Shown one piece after another: positions 1 through 13,997 of a stretch of 64,000 nucleotides of DNA; within the stretch, counting starts at the first letter, position 1; the number at the start of each line of letters is the position of its first letter. Source of the stretch: the human T2T-CHM13v2.0 reference genome, Homo sapiens; assembly GCF_009914755.1 (NCBI RefSeq), contig NC_060929.1; one strand, written 5' to 3'. Under the pieces are notes generated by a model, which did no database searches, had not been told where the DNA came from, and worked only from the letters and a program-made list of their open reading frames with translations. Both the position numbers and the translations under genes were made by a program.

Positions 1-58
1 CACCCGCCTTGGCCTCCCAAAGTGCTGGGATTACAGGCGAGAGCCACCACGCCCGGCC
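1..58 (-). mobile_element. Alu 5' end, cut by the window edge
   Basis: gcctcccaaagtgctgggattacaggc...gcccggcc is the reverse complement of the Alu start. Confidence 0.9.
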
Positions 59-99
59 AGGCATACAACTTTGATGTCGCTGGGGTCAAACTTCAGCAG

Positions 100-985
100 T
101 TTGCCCAGTTTGTAATGGGGTTGTTTTTTTCTTGTAAATTTGTTCAAGTTTCTTACAGATGCTGGATATCAGACCTTTGTTGGATGCATAGTTTGCAAAA
201 ATTTTCTCCCATTCTGTAGGTTGTTTATTGATAGTTTCTTTTGCTGTGCAAAAGCTCTTTAGTTTAATTAGATCCCATTTGTTAATTTTTGCTTTTGTTG
301 CAATTGGTTTTGGCATCTTTGTCATGAAATCTTTGCCCATGCCTATGTCCTGAATGGTATTGCCTAAGTTGTCTTCCAGGGTTTTCATAGTTTTAGGTTA
401 AGTCTTTAATCCATCTTGAGTTCATTTTTGTATATGGTATAAGGAAAGGGTCCAGTTTCAATATTCCGTGTATGGCTAGCCAGTTATCCCAGCAACATTT
501 ATTGAATAGGGAATCCTTTCCCCATTGCTTGTTTTTGTCAGATTTGTCAAAATAGCAAACACATGGAATCAACCTAAATGCCCATCAAAGATAGACTGGG
601 CAAAGACCATGGAATACTACGCAGCCATAAAAAAGAATGAGATCTATCCCTTCAAGAAACATGGATGGAGCTGGAGGCCATTATTCTTAACAAACTAATG
701 CAGGAACAGAAAACCAAATACCACATGTTCTCTCTTATAAGTGGGAGTTAAATGATGATAACACATGGATACTTAGAGGGGAACAACACACACTGGGGCC
801 TATTGGGTGGAGGATGGGAATAGGGAGGGGATCAGGAAAAATAACTGTTGGGTACTTGGGCTTAATACCTGGGTGATGAAATAATCTATACAACAAACCC
901 CTATGACACAAGTTTATCTATATAACAAACCTGAACATGTACCCCTGAACTTAAAAGTTAAAAATTAGAAAATAAATAATAAAAA
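100..985. mobile_element. Old primate L1 3' fragment (L1PA13-16/L1PB-like) with an inverted 5' part
   Basis: ~100-550 is antisense ORF2 (ORF 86..388: [21 protein letters not shown]...). ~551-985 is sense ORF2 end, 3'UTR and A-rich tail. Confidence 0.85.
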
Positions 986-1935
986 CTCAAGAAGAAAAGG
1001 ATAGGCTGCATTTTCCCTATTTTTTATTCATTACATTGTTCTTTCTTTATTCCTGATATTTCAAGTTTCTTTCTATTATTCTTTTTTCATTCTATTTGGA
1101 GAATATTCTTTCAGAGTAGGTCTGCTGGTGAGAAATTTTCTTAATTTTCCTCTCTCTAAAAGTGTCTTGACTTCCCTTTCACTCCTGAAATATATTCACG
1201 GCTATAAAATTCTGTGTGGACAGTTCATTTTTTCCCCCAGCAATTGAAAAATATTCCACATACTTCTGGCCTCTATGGTTTCAGATAAAAAATTCAATAT
1301 CGCTCAATCATTGTTCCCCTATAGTTGTGTTATTTTTTCTAGTTGCTTTGAAGATTTTTCTGTCTTTAGTTTTCAGAAGTTTAACTGTGATGTATCTTGG
1401 TGTTGATTTCTTTGAGTTTATCCTGTCTGGAGTTCACCTGGATTCACTGGATTCACTTTATGAATCTGTGAGTTTATGCCTTTCACCACATTTGGGAATT
1501 TGTTAGCCCTTGTTTCTTGATTATTTTCTAGCCCCATATTCTTTCTACTCTCCATCTGGAATTCCAATGACACAAATGTTAGATCTTTTGTTACAGTTCC
1601 ACAGGTCCCTAAAGCTCTGTTATTTTTTTTCTCCAATCTATCTTCTCTTTGTTGTTCAGACTGTGTAATTTTTATTTATCTGTCTTTAAGTTTACTGATT
1701 CTTTTCTCTGTCATCTCTGTTCTGCTACTGAGCCTATCTGGTGACTTTTAAAGTTTTAGTTATTATATTGTTCAGTTCTATAATTCCATTTGGTTCTTTT
1801 TTCTTATCTTCTGTTTCCTTGCTGAGACTTTGCTTCAAGGGTGCTCATAATTGCTTGCTGAAGCAATTTTATAATAGTTGTTTTAAAATTCTTGTTAGAT
1901 GATTTCAACTTCTGAGTCATTTCAGTATTAGCATC

Positions 1936-2304
1936 TGTCTCAGTCTTCTCAGGCTGCTATAACAAAATATCATATACTGGGCAGCTTAAACAACATACAT
2001 TTATTTCTCACAATTCTGGATGCTGGGGAAGTCCAAGATCAAGGAATGAGTCGACGTGGTTCCTGGTGAGGGTCCCCTTTCTGGCTTACAGATAATCACC
2101 TTCTAGCTGTGTCTTCACACGGTAGAGAGAGAGAGTACTGGTCTCTCTTATTCTTCTAAGGACATTAATCCCTCTTGAGCCTAACCCTCATGACCTCACC
2201 TAAATCTAATTACCTTCCAAAGGTCCCACCTCCAAACATCACATTGCAGGGTTAGGGCTTCAACTTATAAATTTGGGGGAGACACAAACATTCAATCCAT
2301 AACA
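1936..2304 (-). mobile_element. MLT1A-like MaLR solo LTR
   Basis: TG...CA termini, perfect 5-bp TSD gcatc (1931-1935, 2305-2309), typical 'gggaagtccaagatcaagg' and 'gacacaaacattca' motifs. Confidence 0.85.
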
Positions 2305-3276
2305 GCATCTGTTGATTGTCTAATTCAAGTTGTGATTGTCCTGGTTCTTGGTATGAAAAGTAATTTTTAATTATATCCTAGACATTTTGGGTATTAAGTT
2401 ATGAAATTCCAGATCCTACTTCATCTTTTTCAGTAGGTAGACATCCTATTTAGGCTTAGTATACTGGTTCTGGCTTACTTGTGTGGGTTGTGGCTCCAAC
2501 AACAATTTAGTTTTCAGAGCATTGTAGTGCTATTCTGGTCTGCTTCCTTTGTGTGCTACCCAGAGGCCAATCTAAAAACCTGGGCAGCATTCCACACTAT
2601 AGTTCAGTTCCTAAACTTTTTGTTGTATTAATTCTGGTCAGTTTCTTGTATGGGTCACTGAACGGGTATGTCTAGGACTTCATATGCAAAATCCCTTTCT
2701 CTAGCTCTCCTCTCTCCCAGATCGTACCCCTACTCTCTAGTTGAGAAGGGAAACAACTTCACCTGCCACCACTGGATGCTGGCCACTGGGAGTGGAAGTC
2801 TAGGTTCCTCCCTGGGCCTCTACTGACACCACTTTGGTGGGAGAATCGAGCACTGTTTCACTGCTGCTGGCCTGAGGGTGGAAGTTCATACTTCTCACTT
2901 ATTCCACTGGCCCCGCCCCAGAGAGGGAAGCAGAATGCTGCCTCACACTGTCTCACTGCCTCCAAGTTGGGGGTGGAAGTACAGACTCTTCATTCACCCC
3001 AACAGACACCATGTTATCAGGGAAAAGTAAAAAACCATGTTGGTGCTACCAGGCAGAGGACAGATATTCAAGTTCCCTGCTTAGCCTCTGCTGACACCAC
3101 TCCAGCAGGATAAACAGCCTGCTACTGTCAGATGGGAGATGGAAAATCAGGGTGCACACTTGGTCTGTTGGTAATACACCAGCAGGGGAAGCAGAGAGTA
3201 TCCATTGGGCAGAGGATGAAAAGTCAAGCTCTCTGCTCAGCTCCCACTGACACCATCTTGGTGGAGGAAGCAGAAC

Positions 3277-3316
3277 ACTGCCTTCTACCACTTTTTACTG
3301 CCTTCTACCACTTTTT
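3277..3316. repeat. Exact tandem duplication, 2 x 20 bp
   Basis: actgccttctaccacttttt occurs twice in tandem. Confidence 0.9.
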
Positions 3317-4579
3317 GCTGCCAGGAGCAGACGTGAGTTCAGGCCGTCCACTTGGCTCCTGGCGACCCTGGTGGAGGAATCAGAGTACAGCTTGCTACTA
3401 CCACCAAATAGCAGGCAGAAATCCAGACTCCCCACCTCAATGTCCACTGCACTGGCACTAAGTGGGGTGGGGAGATTTTCATTATCTTTGGCAGGAGTTG
3501 GACAGGTATTGTAAATAAGGTTTCTATCCTGTTAGGATGCCCTTTGCTCAATTCTTTGTCTAGAAATAGCAGGCTTTTCTTATAACTTTTTAAAATCTGC
3601 ACCAGTTGACATTTTCAGGATGTGGGATTTGCCAACACTCAGTCTAAAATATATAGAGGACAAAAAGAAAATCCAAGGAACTCACTGATGTCATTCCCCA
3701 AGCTCCAAGGTCCCTAGCCAGTCTGCTGCCTTCTGACTGTGTTTTAGAGTCTTCCTACATTTGCCTTTAGTATTATGTCCAGGGTTTTTAGTTACCCTTA
3801 GCTGGGGGAATAGGGAGAAATAAGTCTATTACATCTTGCCAAGAATCAAAAGCTTAAAAAGGCCATATCTTAAAAAACAATAATTTGTAGAATACAGGTG
3901 AACAATAGCAGACATAATAAAACATAAAAGCATCAAGCAATTTGTATGGAAATAGAGGGATAAGTAGACGAGATTCAACCATAACAACCAAATCTGCTGG
4001 GAGAGACAGCTTTTCCAAGAACCAAGGAACTCCGGGAAAGACTGATTCACTTAAACCTACCAAGCTACCGATGGATACAATATAATTGATGTTCTCATCC
4101 CCAAAAACATCCAGTTCCCAAAAACCCACTCATTTAATTAAGAGGATATGGCCGAATATCTGACATATTGTCTATATAAATCACAAAAGCACCATCCTGT
4201 ACTAACAAGACACCACATAGGCTAGGTTTAAAGATTAATAAACAAAAATAGGATGATATCTGTAGCCAAAAGCTTGATATATGTAAGAAACTCCCCAACC
4301 AATTTCAAATCCATTTATTTGCCAATCCCAGTGCCAGCTCGATGAGCACATTGGCAGTGAGCTGAGTCAGTCCAGATAGGCTCCAAATGAAAAGCAGGAG
4401 AAGGATGCCAGGACTTAGCACCTCAGTGATGGTGCTAACAACCTAAGTTCCACATAAGTAAGGAAAGAGTATGATAGCCAGACCTCAGAGGTGTGCAGCT
4501 GGTGCAAATGAGCTGGAGCTTGGGTCTTGCATTTGGGTGCTGATATTGGGATCCCCTTGCAAGGGGAGAGGAGTATTTT

Positions 4580-4580
4580 T

Positions 4581-4615
<35 letters not shown>

Positions 4616-4876
4616 AGACAGAGTTTCTCTCTTGTCACCCAGGCTGGAGTGCAATGGTGCAATCTAGGCTCACTGCAACCTCCACCTCCCGGTTTCAAGT
4701 GATTCTCCCACCTCAGCCTCTGGACTATCTGGGACTACAGACACATACCATCATGCCCGGCTAATTTTTGCATTTTCAGTAGAGACGGGGTTTCACCATG
4801 TTGGCCAGGCTAGTCTCAAACTCCTGACCTCAGATGATCCACCCGCCTTGTCCTCCCAAAGTGCTGCACCCAGCCG
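4580..4876 (-). mobile_element. AluS-like, with a small deletion near its 5' end
   Basis: Poly-T followed by antisense Alu. TSD gagaggagtattttt on both sides. Confidence 0.92.
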
Positions 4877-5618
4877 AGAGGAGTATTTTTAATTACAAAA
4901 ACCAGCAACTAAAACTTTTAAGTAATCTCTTGGTTATACATTTTGAAATACTTTTATAAATATTCATACTTTTCTACACTAATTGAATTACTGGGGTGGG
5001 GGGAAATGCCATCACCTGAGAAAAGAAAAGCCAAACACACTCCCAGGGAAAGCAAAGAGAAGAGAACAAGGTTAAGTGGGTCCTCCATCCACAGAGAAGA
5101 CGCTGAATAGGAGCTGTTTAATGTTCCCATCAGTCCCACATGGAACCGACAGTGGGTGGGAAGGAGCCAAAGCCCTGGCCAGTCCCTGTCCTAGGCACCC
5201 AGGCACTCCTCTGCTGGCCTCACCTGTACCAGGCAGAAGATGTGCTTCTCCTCAGCCCCTTGGCTAATACATCTGTGGTAGGACACAATTGCGAGCATTG
5301 CCTTCCTTCACCCACTGCTGCTGCCACCAAGCCACGTGCCCTCCCACACCACATACACTCTCCGTGTAGGAGAAGTGACTTTGGTAAGATGAGTAAAGAC
5401 GTGGAGACTGAGCCTGCATTTCACACTTCTTAAACAGGTAAACACCAGTTTCCTATCCCCCAAAAAGGTTCATTTTCCCAGAAATATTTAGTTCTAAAGG
5501 ATCAGAACAACCTATGGCTTCTTCCAGTAATACACAAGCTGTCAAGAGGCTAATGCTGTCTCTCTAGGACATTACCTGGATTCAGGGGAAGGAGTGAAGA
5601 GGTAAATAAAGGCAAATG

Positions 5619-5941
5619 AGTGCCCAGCGCGGTGGTTCATGCCTGTAATCCTAGCACTTTGGGAGGCCAAGGTGGGCAGATCATTTGAGGTCAGGAGTTC
5701 GAGAGCAACCTGGCCAACATGGTGAAACCCCATCTCTACTGAAAACATAAAAATTAGCTGAGTGTAGTGGCAAGCACCTGTAATCCCAGCTACTCAGGAG
5801 GCTGAGGCAGGAGAATCGCTTGAACCCAGGAGGTGGACCTTGCAGTGAGCCAAGATCGTACCACCGCACAAACAACAAGGCCATCTGGGCGACAGAGCAA
5901 GACTCCAACTCAAAAACAAAAAAAAAAAAAAACAAAAAAAA
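5619..5941 (+). mobile_element. AluS-like, carrying a foreign insert in the right arm
   Basis: Dimeric Alu with A tail. Flanked by gcaaatg repeats. Confidence 0.92.
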
Positions 5942-6718
5942 GCAAATGGGGACTGTAAGCAGAAGAGGGAGGGAGAACTTAGGTCTCTAAGGCAGCCATC
6001 AGAGAAGGTTCTTTCAAAAACTGACAGGACTCAAACAGAAATACAGAGAAATGACTCCAAGAGCTCATGATCTTCCTGGTATAGACCTGCACCTGTGAGC
6101 CCTCCCAGACATTAGGGGCATGGCCAAGGGGCTGTAATTCTTCACCTTTTCCTCCTCTCATTCCCTTAGCTTGTAGAGAAATTTAGAGCTGGAGGAAACC
6201 TCAGTCATCCTCTTGTTCCAGCCCCATGTTTTAAATTTAAGGAATCTGAAGCCTAGAAGAAACACATTTGCTACATGTTCAAAGGACAAGGACAAGGATT
6301 CCGGCTTCTTGCTTCCTGGGCCAGCTCCTCTGTTCTTTTGGAACAAGCTTGTGTCTAATCCAAGTGTAAGTGAGGCAGAGATCTGGGCCATAAAGTCTAC
6401 TCACTCCACTCAGGCCTGTGATAATGGAGAGAATGGCTACCCCTGCTCAGTGCCTCAATTTCTCCAAACATGGGGAGCTGTTTGAAGACATGGGATGGCA
6501 AATAGAATTCTAACCTAAACCATGACAGAAATGCTCCCAGCACTTTTTTTTTAATAGTCTAAAAGGGTTTCTTATTTGTCATTAATGTTCTTTAAATTAT
6601 TTTACAATATTGTTATCCCATGTTTATTGCAAGAGTTCCCATAAAAATGATTCCATTCTCTGCAAAGACAACAAGGCCATGCTGCAGGCTTATACTCACA
6701 GGAAAAATAATCACACAC

Positions 6719-6818
6719 CTTGTCTTCCTTTGAACTCTCCATCTCTGCCCCCTCCTTGAATTTTGCCAGTGCACTCTTGAGATCCTGAGATGTGTAGGTG
6801 TTGGTGTTGATATCCAGC
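6719..6818 (-). CDS. SIL1: SIL1 internal coding exon (exon 5), 100 nt, phase 2 to phase 0
   Basis: Minus strand reads ttggacag|G CTG GAT ATC...GAC AAG|gtgtgt, giving (R)[33 protein letters not shown]. The phase joins correctly to the 15038-15146 exon (AG+G = Arg) and continues the SIL1 sequence. Confidence 0.97.
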
Positions 6819-6854
6819 CTGTCCAAAGAAAACTGAGAGTAAAGAGGGAGGCAT

Positions 6855-7108
6855 GGCTAGGCTTGGTGGCTCACAGTTGTAATCCCAGTACTCTGGGTGG
6901 CCAAGATGGAAGGATACCAAGATCCCATCTCTACAAAAAATTTAAAAATATTAGTTAGGATGTGATGGTATGTGCCTGTGGTCCCAGCTACGTGGGAAGC
7001 AGGAGGATCACTTGAGCCCAGGGGTTCGAGGCTGTGGTAAACTATGATTGTGCCACCATACTCCCACAGCTGGGCAACAGAGTCAGACCCTGTCTCTAAA
7101 AATAAATA
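6855..7108 (+). mobile_element. AluJ-like with left-arm deletion, ~35 nt from the exon 5 acceptor
   Basis: Alu consensus motifs. Degenerate TSD aagagggaggcat / aagaggggagcat. Confidence 0.88.
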
Positions 7109-9174
7109 AGAGGGGAGCATCATATTCCCCAAGAAAGAAAATGTCCCTGGGTGAATGGCACCCTAAGGTAAGTGAGGCCAGGCCAGCTGAGTGTACTATC
7201 ATACCTTTGTCTTCAGTCAGCCAAGGGTCTAACAGAGTGACCTTACCTTGAAGCTAGAAGAGGAAAGACGCAGCTGAAAATGGGATCATTTCATGAAAGA
7301 GGAAGCAATGGCATGGGGCAGACAGAAGCCATCCACGAACAGAGGGCTCTCAGCCAGCTTCTCAGGAAGAAATAAGCCTGGCATAACTGTGCAATGCTCT
7401 CCCTCAGCACGCTGCCAGGGCAGGACCTCTCAGAGGGAAGTGGGCCCAGCCACAAGGAGTAGCATGCACCCTTATCTATTAATATATTTTTCCATGAAAG
7501 GGGACAACAGGGCCCTGAGCCCCACAGTGTGTGCCTGAACTGATTAGACAAGGCAGCCTGTCTTTACAAAAACAAGTTGGATAGATTCACACCATAAGAC
7601 CAACCTATGAGCACAAAGGAGAGGCAGGAGGTATGTCTCAACCTGACCAAGGAATGGATTTGAGATACTAAGGAGTAGAATCAAGGTCAGCCCCTTCCAC
7701 AGCCAGCCTCCAAAGGGAGGAGGGAAAGGAACCAATGTGGCTATAATCTCAGGAACCTGCCAAAGACCAGAATGGTCTCCTCACAAAATTCCCTGGAGCT
7801 GATCCAAGCCACAGCTACACATCTTGACCAGAGAGAGGACATCCATCATGTGGGAGCAAGGTTTTACCACTAGCATTCATTTTAGTTCAATGAACAGAGG
7901 TAAGCACAAGAATGATGTGCACGAAGGGAAGAGTGGAGTATGGAATGTGCTTAACAAGACTGTCAGGTTGGTGTTGGGTTCAGGATTCCATATATCCTGG
8001 AATGCCCACAAGATTTCAGAGGTGAGGAGGAAGGGGCTACTGGCCTGCTCTACTCCAGGCAGGAAGAGCACATCAGTCTCATAGTCTGAGATTCCAGCAG
8101 GCCTCAGCTCTCATGTACCAAGGGCTTTCATTCTTCCTAGAGACCTTTTAGGGCTCTGAGAAGAACACTCGTCTTCTCTAAACCTCAGTCCTCCTAAACT
8201 AATTAATAATAGCTAGTAACTCATTTATTGAGCATTTAGCCATGTGTTAGGCAGTGTGTTAATCCCTTCAAAGTAATATTTCATTCAAATAGTTATCACA
8301 ATGCTACAAAGTAGGGAGAGAATCCTGAATCCCTCTCCCTACAGAGCATCATCCACTGCCAATGTGTGAGGATACCACTGCCCCACCCCACATACCCAAG
8401 AGGGAGCTAAGTATTCAGGAACCATAGCTTGAACACATTATCTCCTCCCTCTTGTAAGACTTGGTCAGGACTAATCCCATTATTCCGTGCATCTCTGTTT
8501 ACGCCTTAAGTCTCAACTCTCCCAAGCCATCTCTCATCACCCACTCTCAGTCCCAACTACATACACACAAGCATGCACATGTGCACTCAAGTTCACGCAC
8601 ACACACGAAACAGTCATCTGGTGTTCTTACTTCATTCTTCACTAAGAAAAATAGACCAAAACTTCATTTTCCCATGATCAGCTCTACAAGCCAACCTGCA
8701 CCTAAGTCTATGTTTTCTACTTTCCTTCCTATTATAATGGATGAGTGTCCCTGATCCTATTAAACTTAGTTCCAGATCGCAGTTGCCTTTACAAAAGCTT
8801 TAACTCCCATAATTACACCGCTCCCTCCTGCCTGCATCATCAATTTCTCCCTTCAGCTGGATTATTCCCATCAGCACACCAATTCTCCTTTCACTCCATA
8901 GTCTCTTCTGGTTATCCTGCCATTTCCCTGCTCTCACTCAGAGTAACACTTTATGAACACATTGTTTTCACTCACTATCCCCAGCTTTTTTATTCCTATT
9001 TATATTGCCATTTACTGTAATCTGGATTCTGTCCTCACAACTGTACTCACACTACTAATCAAAATTACCAATAATTGATGACCAAATCCGATGGACCCTT
9101 CTTCACTCACTTCATGTTCCTCAACCACTAAGCAGCATTTGCACAGTTGACCCTCCCTTCTTGAAAAACTCTCA

Positions 9175-9488
<314 letters not shown>

Positions 9489-10146
9489 TTACCTCACTCT
9501 CATGGCTCTTCCTCTTCCTTACTCCTTCTCCAACTCTTGCTGGTTCCTCATCTCCTACCTGAGCCACATAGCCCAGAATGCCTTGGAGTTCAGCCCTGTC
9601 AATCTTCTCCACCTCGACATCCTCCCCTAGTTACTTTAAAAACCTATCTGCCAGTAATCTCCACATTTACATCTCCAGCCCAACCTCTCCCCTGAGCACC
9701 AATCAGACTCTTGTACAACTACCTGATAGATCTGTATCTCAAATGTTTAACAAGTATTTCAAACTTATTGAATCTAAAACATGGCTCTTGATTCTTCTCC
9801 TTATAAGTCTGTCCCCCTCCCAACTTTTCTATTTCAATAAATAGTACCAACAACCACCCAGTTGCTCAAGTTCCAAAATGAGGCTTTATCCTGAATCTGT
9901 GCCCCTCCCTGCACCTTCCTTCAACCTCTACACTGAAATCATAAGCAAGTCCTCTTGAGTCTACCTCCAAATTAAATCTCCAAATTCATTCAGTCTCTGT
10001 TATGATACCCTAGACTAAGCCACCATTATGTCCTACCTGATCTACTGAAATGACATCCTAATTCTGTCTTCTTTTGTCCACCTTCAATCTCATCTCCAGA
10101 CACATAGTAACTAAATCACTCTCCTGCCTAAAATCTTCCAATGGCA

Positions 10147-10575
<429 letters not shown>

Positions 10576-12229
10576 CTATAGTCACCTTGATCGTTTTCTT
10601 GCTTCTCATACTTGACAAAGCCTTTTCCTTGATAAAGCCTGGGACTTCCTGTTGTTCCATCTGTCTGAAATGCCCTAACTCCTAAACCTATAAACCTAAC
10701 CCTTTACATAAAGAGTTAATTATTCTTTTTGTCCATATCATCCTTGTTCTTACCTCTGTTCCCTGAATTGAAATAAGGGCTAGTGGTAAAACCTTGCTCC
10801 CCAATGGATGTCTTCTCTCTAGTCAAGCTACATGGCTGTGGTTTGGATCAGCTCCAGGGATCTCAGTGAGGATACCAATCCAGTCTTTGACAGGTTCCTG
10901 GGATCAGCCACATTGGTTCCTTTCCTTCCTCCCTTTGGGGCCAGTTAATTAATCTATGATTAATTCCCAATACTTTCATGTTTTAGAACAGGGTCAGCAA
11001 ACTATCAGTAATGACCAGATAATATCTTACTTCTGTGCTTATGTACCTGGTTTTCTGTCTGCCAGCCTTGTGGAGGCTGTTTTGTTTATTACTGTATCCC
11101 AATGCCTGGCACGTGGGCACTCAATAGGTTTTTGTGAAATAAATAAATGGAGGAAGTAAATGGCCCTGTCCTTAGCCCAACCTTTTAACCACTATACCAT
11201 ATTGGACCTTGGTAAATGTTCAACCCAAGATGGCACAACTTGAACGTGGTTTTACCCTCAGTCCTCCAAACCTAGGAGGAAGAGTCCAAGAAGCTGGTTA
11301 TTCCAGGGCAAAAAGAGAGATGTACTACGTTGACAGGGATATGGACTAAAACCACTAGAGATGGCAAAGCCTAAAGCATAAATAGCAAGTGGAAACCTGT
11401 TGCTAAGGGCCAACTACATGCAATGAAATAAGGCAGTGCTAAAGGAACTCTCTGAGACAAGCCAGAGTCAGGGTCTTCTGTCCCAGGCTTTAGAGCCCAC
11501 AAGCATTGCAGCTCTAGGTAGCAATGTGGCCAGCCACACAACCAGTAAAAATAGTAGAAAGACTGCCATGAATTTTGGATTAATGGGCTGTCCCCATCTC
11601 CCTCTAGGCCAATGGTTCTTAACTCTGTGGGATCACTAACTTCTTGGACAATTTCATGGAAAGCTATGGATTTTGTCCTCTAAAACAGAATAAGGATATA
11701 AGCAAAATACTCTAACAATTTCAGGGAACTGACCCTGCCCTTAGGCCTCTGTTCCTATTCCAGTGCTAAGGGGCCAGGAAGACACCATGAAATGGAATTG
11801 GAGGAGCTCCATCCCAGAAGTAGGAAGTCACCATCAAAGGCTCACTGAGCTCACAGCACTGAATGTTCACACCACCTTGTCAGTGCCTTTGGACTTCTAT
11901 TCAGATAGGTTTGCCATTAGCTATAAATGCTGAGAAGGAAGAAGAAAGGTCCAGCATATGCTAGGGGCCATTTCAGGCAGAGACTCTCCAAAGGAGGAAA
12001 GTAAAAAGGCAGGAGTAGGGACAAATATTTCTCCCTTATGGTGTGTCTCTACAGTTCACATGGACGGCTCTGCTGTCTATTCGTAAAAGATATGAGTAAC
12101 AGACAAAGCAGTACGTGTTCACACTGATAATCTATAGTCAGGTGGTAGAGAAGTGAGTTCTCATAGTATAAAAACCAACAAATAAACTCCAAATTAATAA
12201 AATTCCTCAGTATTATTTTTGTAAAGGGA

Positions 12230-12784
<555 letters not shown>

Positions 12785-13269
12785 TAAGCTAAGAAAAGAA
12801 TAGATTGTTTTCTTCAGAAAATAAGACTTGGATTACATGTGAGAAAAGACTTCCTAAAAGTACTTTGAGGCACTGAAATATGTGTGTATTGTGGACGAAA
12901 GAAGTTTGGCAGGGGCCGTGACAATGACAGCTGATTATTTCTTACATGGTTGTTAGAAAGGAGTAATTGTCTGACCTGGGCCACTCCAAGTATAGGCCTA
13001 CCTGGAGGAATGAGGGAAGATGAAAGATCCTTCCCAATTTGGAGTGACTGTAAGGAGAACAAATGCCTCTATCTCAATATGAAGTAGAATTTTCTAACAG
13101 TGAAAACTGTCTAAATCTGAACAGGCTGTTTTGTGGGGTGAGTGCCACCTGAAAAAAGTGCACATGGACCAGCTGAGTGACCTTCTGACAGGCATGTCAA
13201 GGAAAAGACTAGGGTAAGAAGTGAGTCTCTAGGACCTCCTTCTGATTACATCTAACTGCAAAATACTGG

Positions 13270-13573
13270 GTTTTTGTTTTAGTTTTTCTGAGACAGAGTC
13301 TCGCTCTGCCACCCAGGCTGGAGTGCTGTGGCAAGATCTTGGCTCATTGCAATTTCTGCCTCCCAGGTTCAAGCGATTCTTCTGCCTCAGCCTTCTGAGT
13401 AGCTGGGATTACAGGCACCTGCCACCACACCCAGCTAATTTTTGTTTGTATTTTTAGTAGAGACAGGGTTTCATCATGTTGGCCAGGCTGGTCTCGAACT
13501 GCTGACCTTAGGTGATCCGCCGGCCTCGGCCTCCCAAAGTGCTGGGATTACAGGTGTGAGCCACCACGCCCGA
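13270..13573 (-). mobile_element. AluS-like
   Basis: Antisense Alu with TSD ctgcaaaatactg. Confidence 0.93.
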
Positions 13574-13603
13574 CCTGCAAAATACTGTTTAAATTATAAA
13601 ATC

Positions 13604-13910
13604 CAGGCTGGGCACAGTGGTCCACATCTGTTATCCCAGCACTTTGGGAGGCCAGGGCAGGAAGATCACTTGAGTCCAGGAGTTTAAGACCAGCCTGAGC
13701 AATAAAGTGAGACCCTGTCTCTACAAAAAAATTTAAAAAAATTAGCCAGGCATAGTGGCACACACCTGTAGCCCCAGCCTACTCAGGAGGTTGAGACAAT
13801 GAGATTGCTTGAGCCCAGGAGTTTGAGGTTACAGTGAACTATGATCACACCACTTTACTCCAGCCTAGGCAACAGAGCAAGACCCTATCTCTAAAAAAAA
13901 AAAAAAAAAA
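13604..13910 (+). mobile_element. AluJ-like, followed by (ATC)n
   Basis: Full Alu and poly-A, then about six atc units. Confidence 0.92.
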
Positions 13911-13997
13911 ATCATCATCATCATCATCCAAGGACTGAGTAACACTAACCACACTCAATCCATAACTAATAATTCCCAGTGCTTACACGTGTTAGCA

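Larger units (their letters stand above)
1000..3830 (-). mobile_element. Ancient L1M fragment (ORF1/5' region), interrupted by a MaLR LTR
   Basis: T-rich antisense L1-like sequence. ORF 1418..1636 resembles decayed ORF1. Degenerate repeats containing 'ctgacacca' at ~2760-3470 resemble L1M 5' monomers. Confidence 0.55.
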
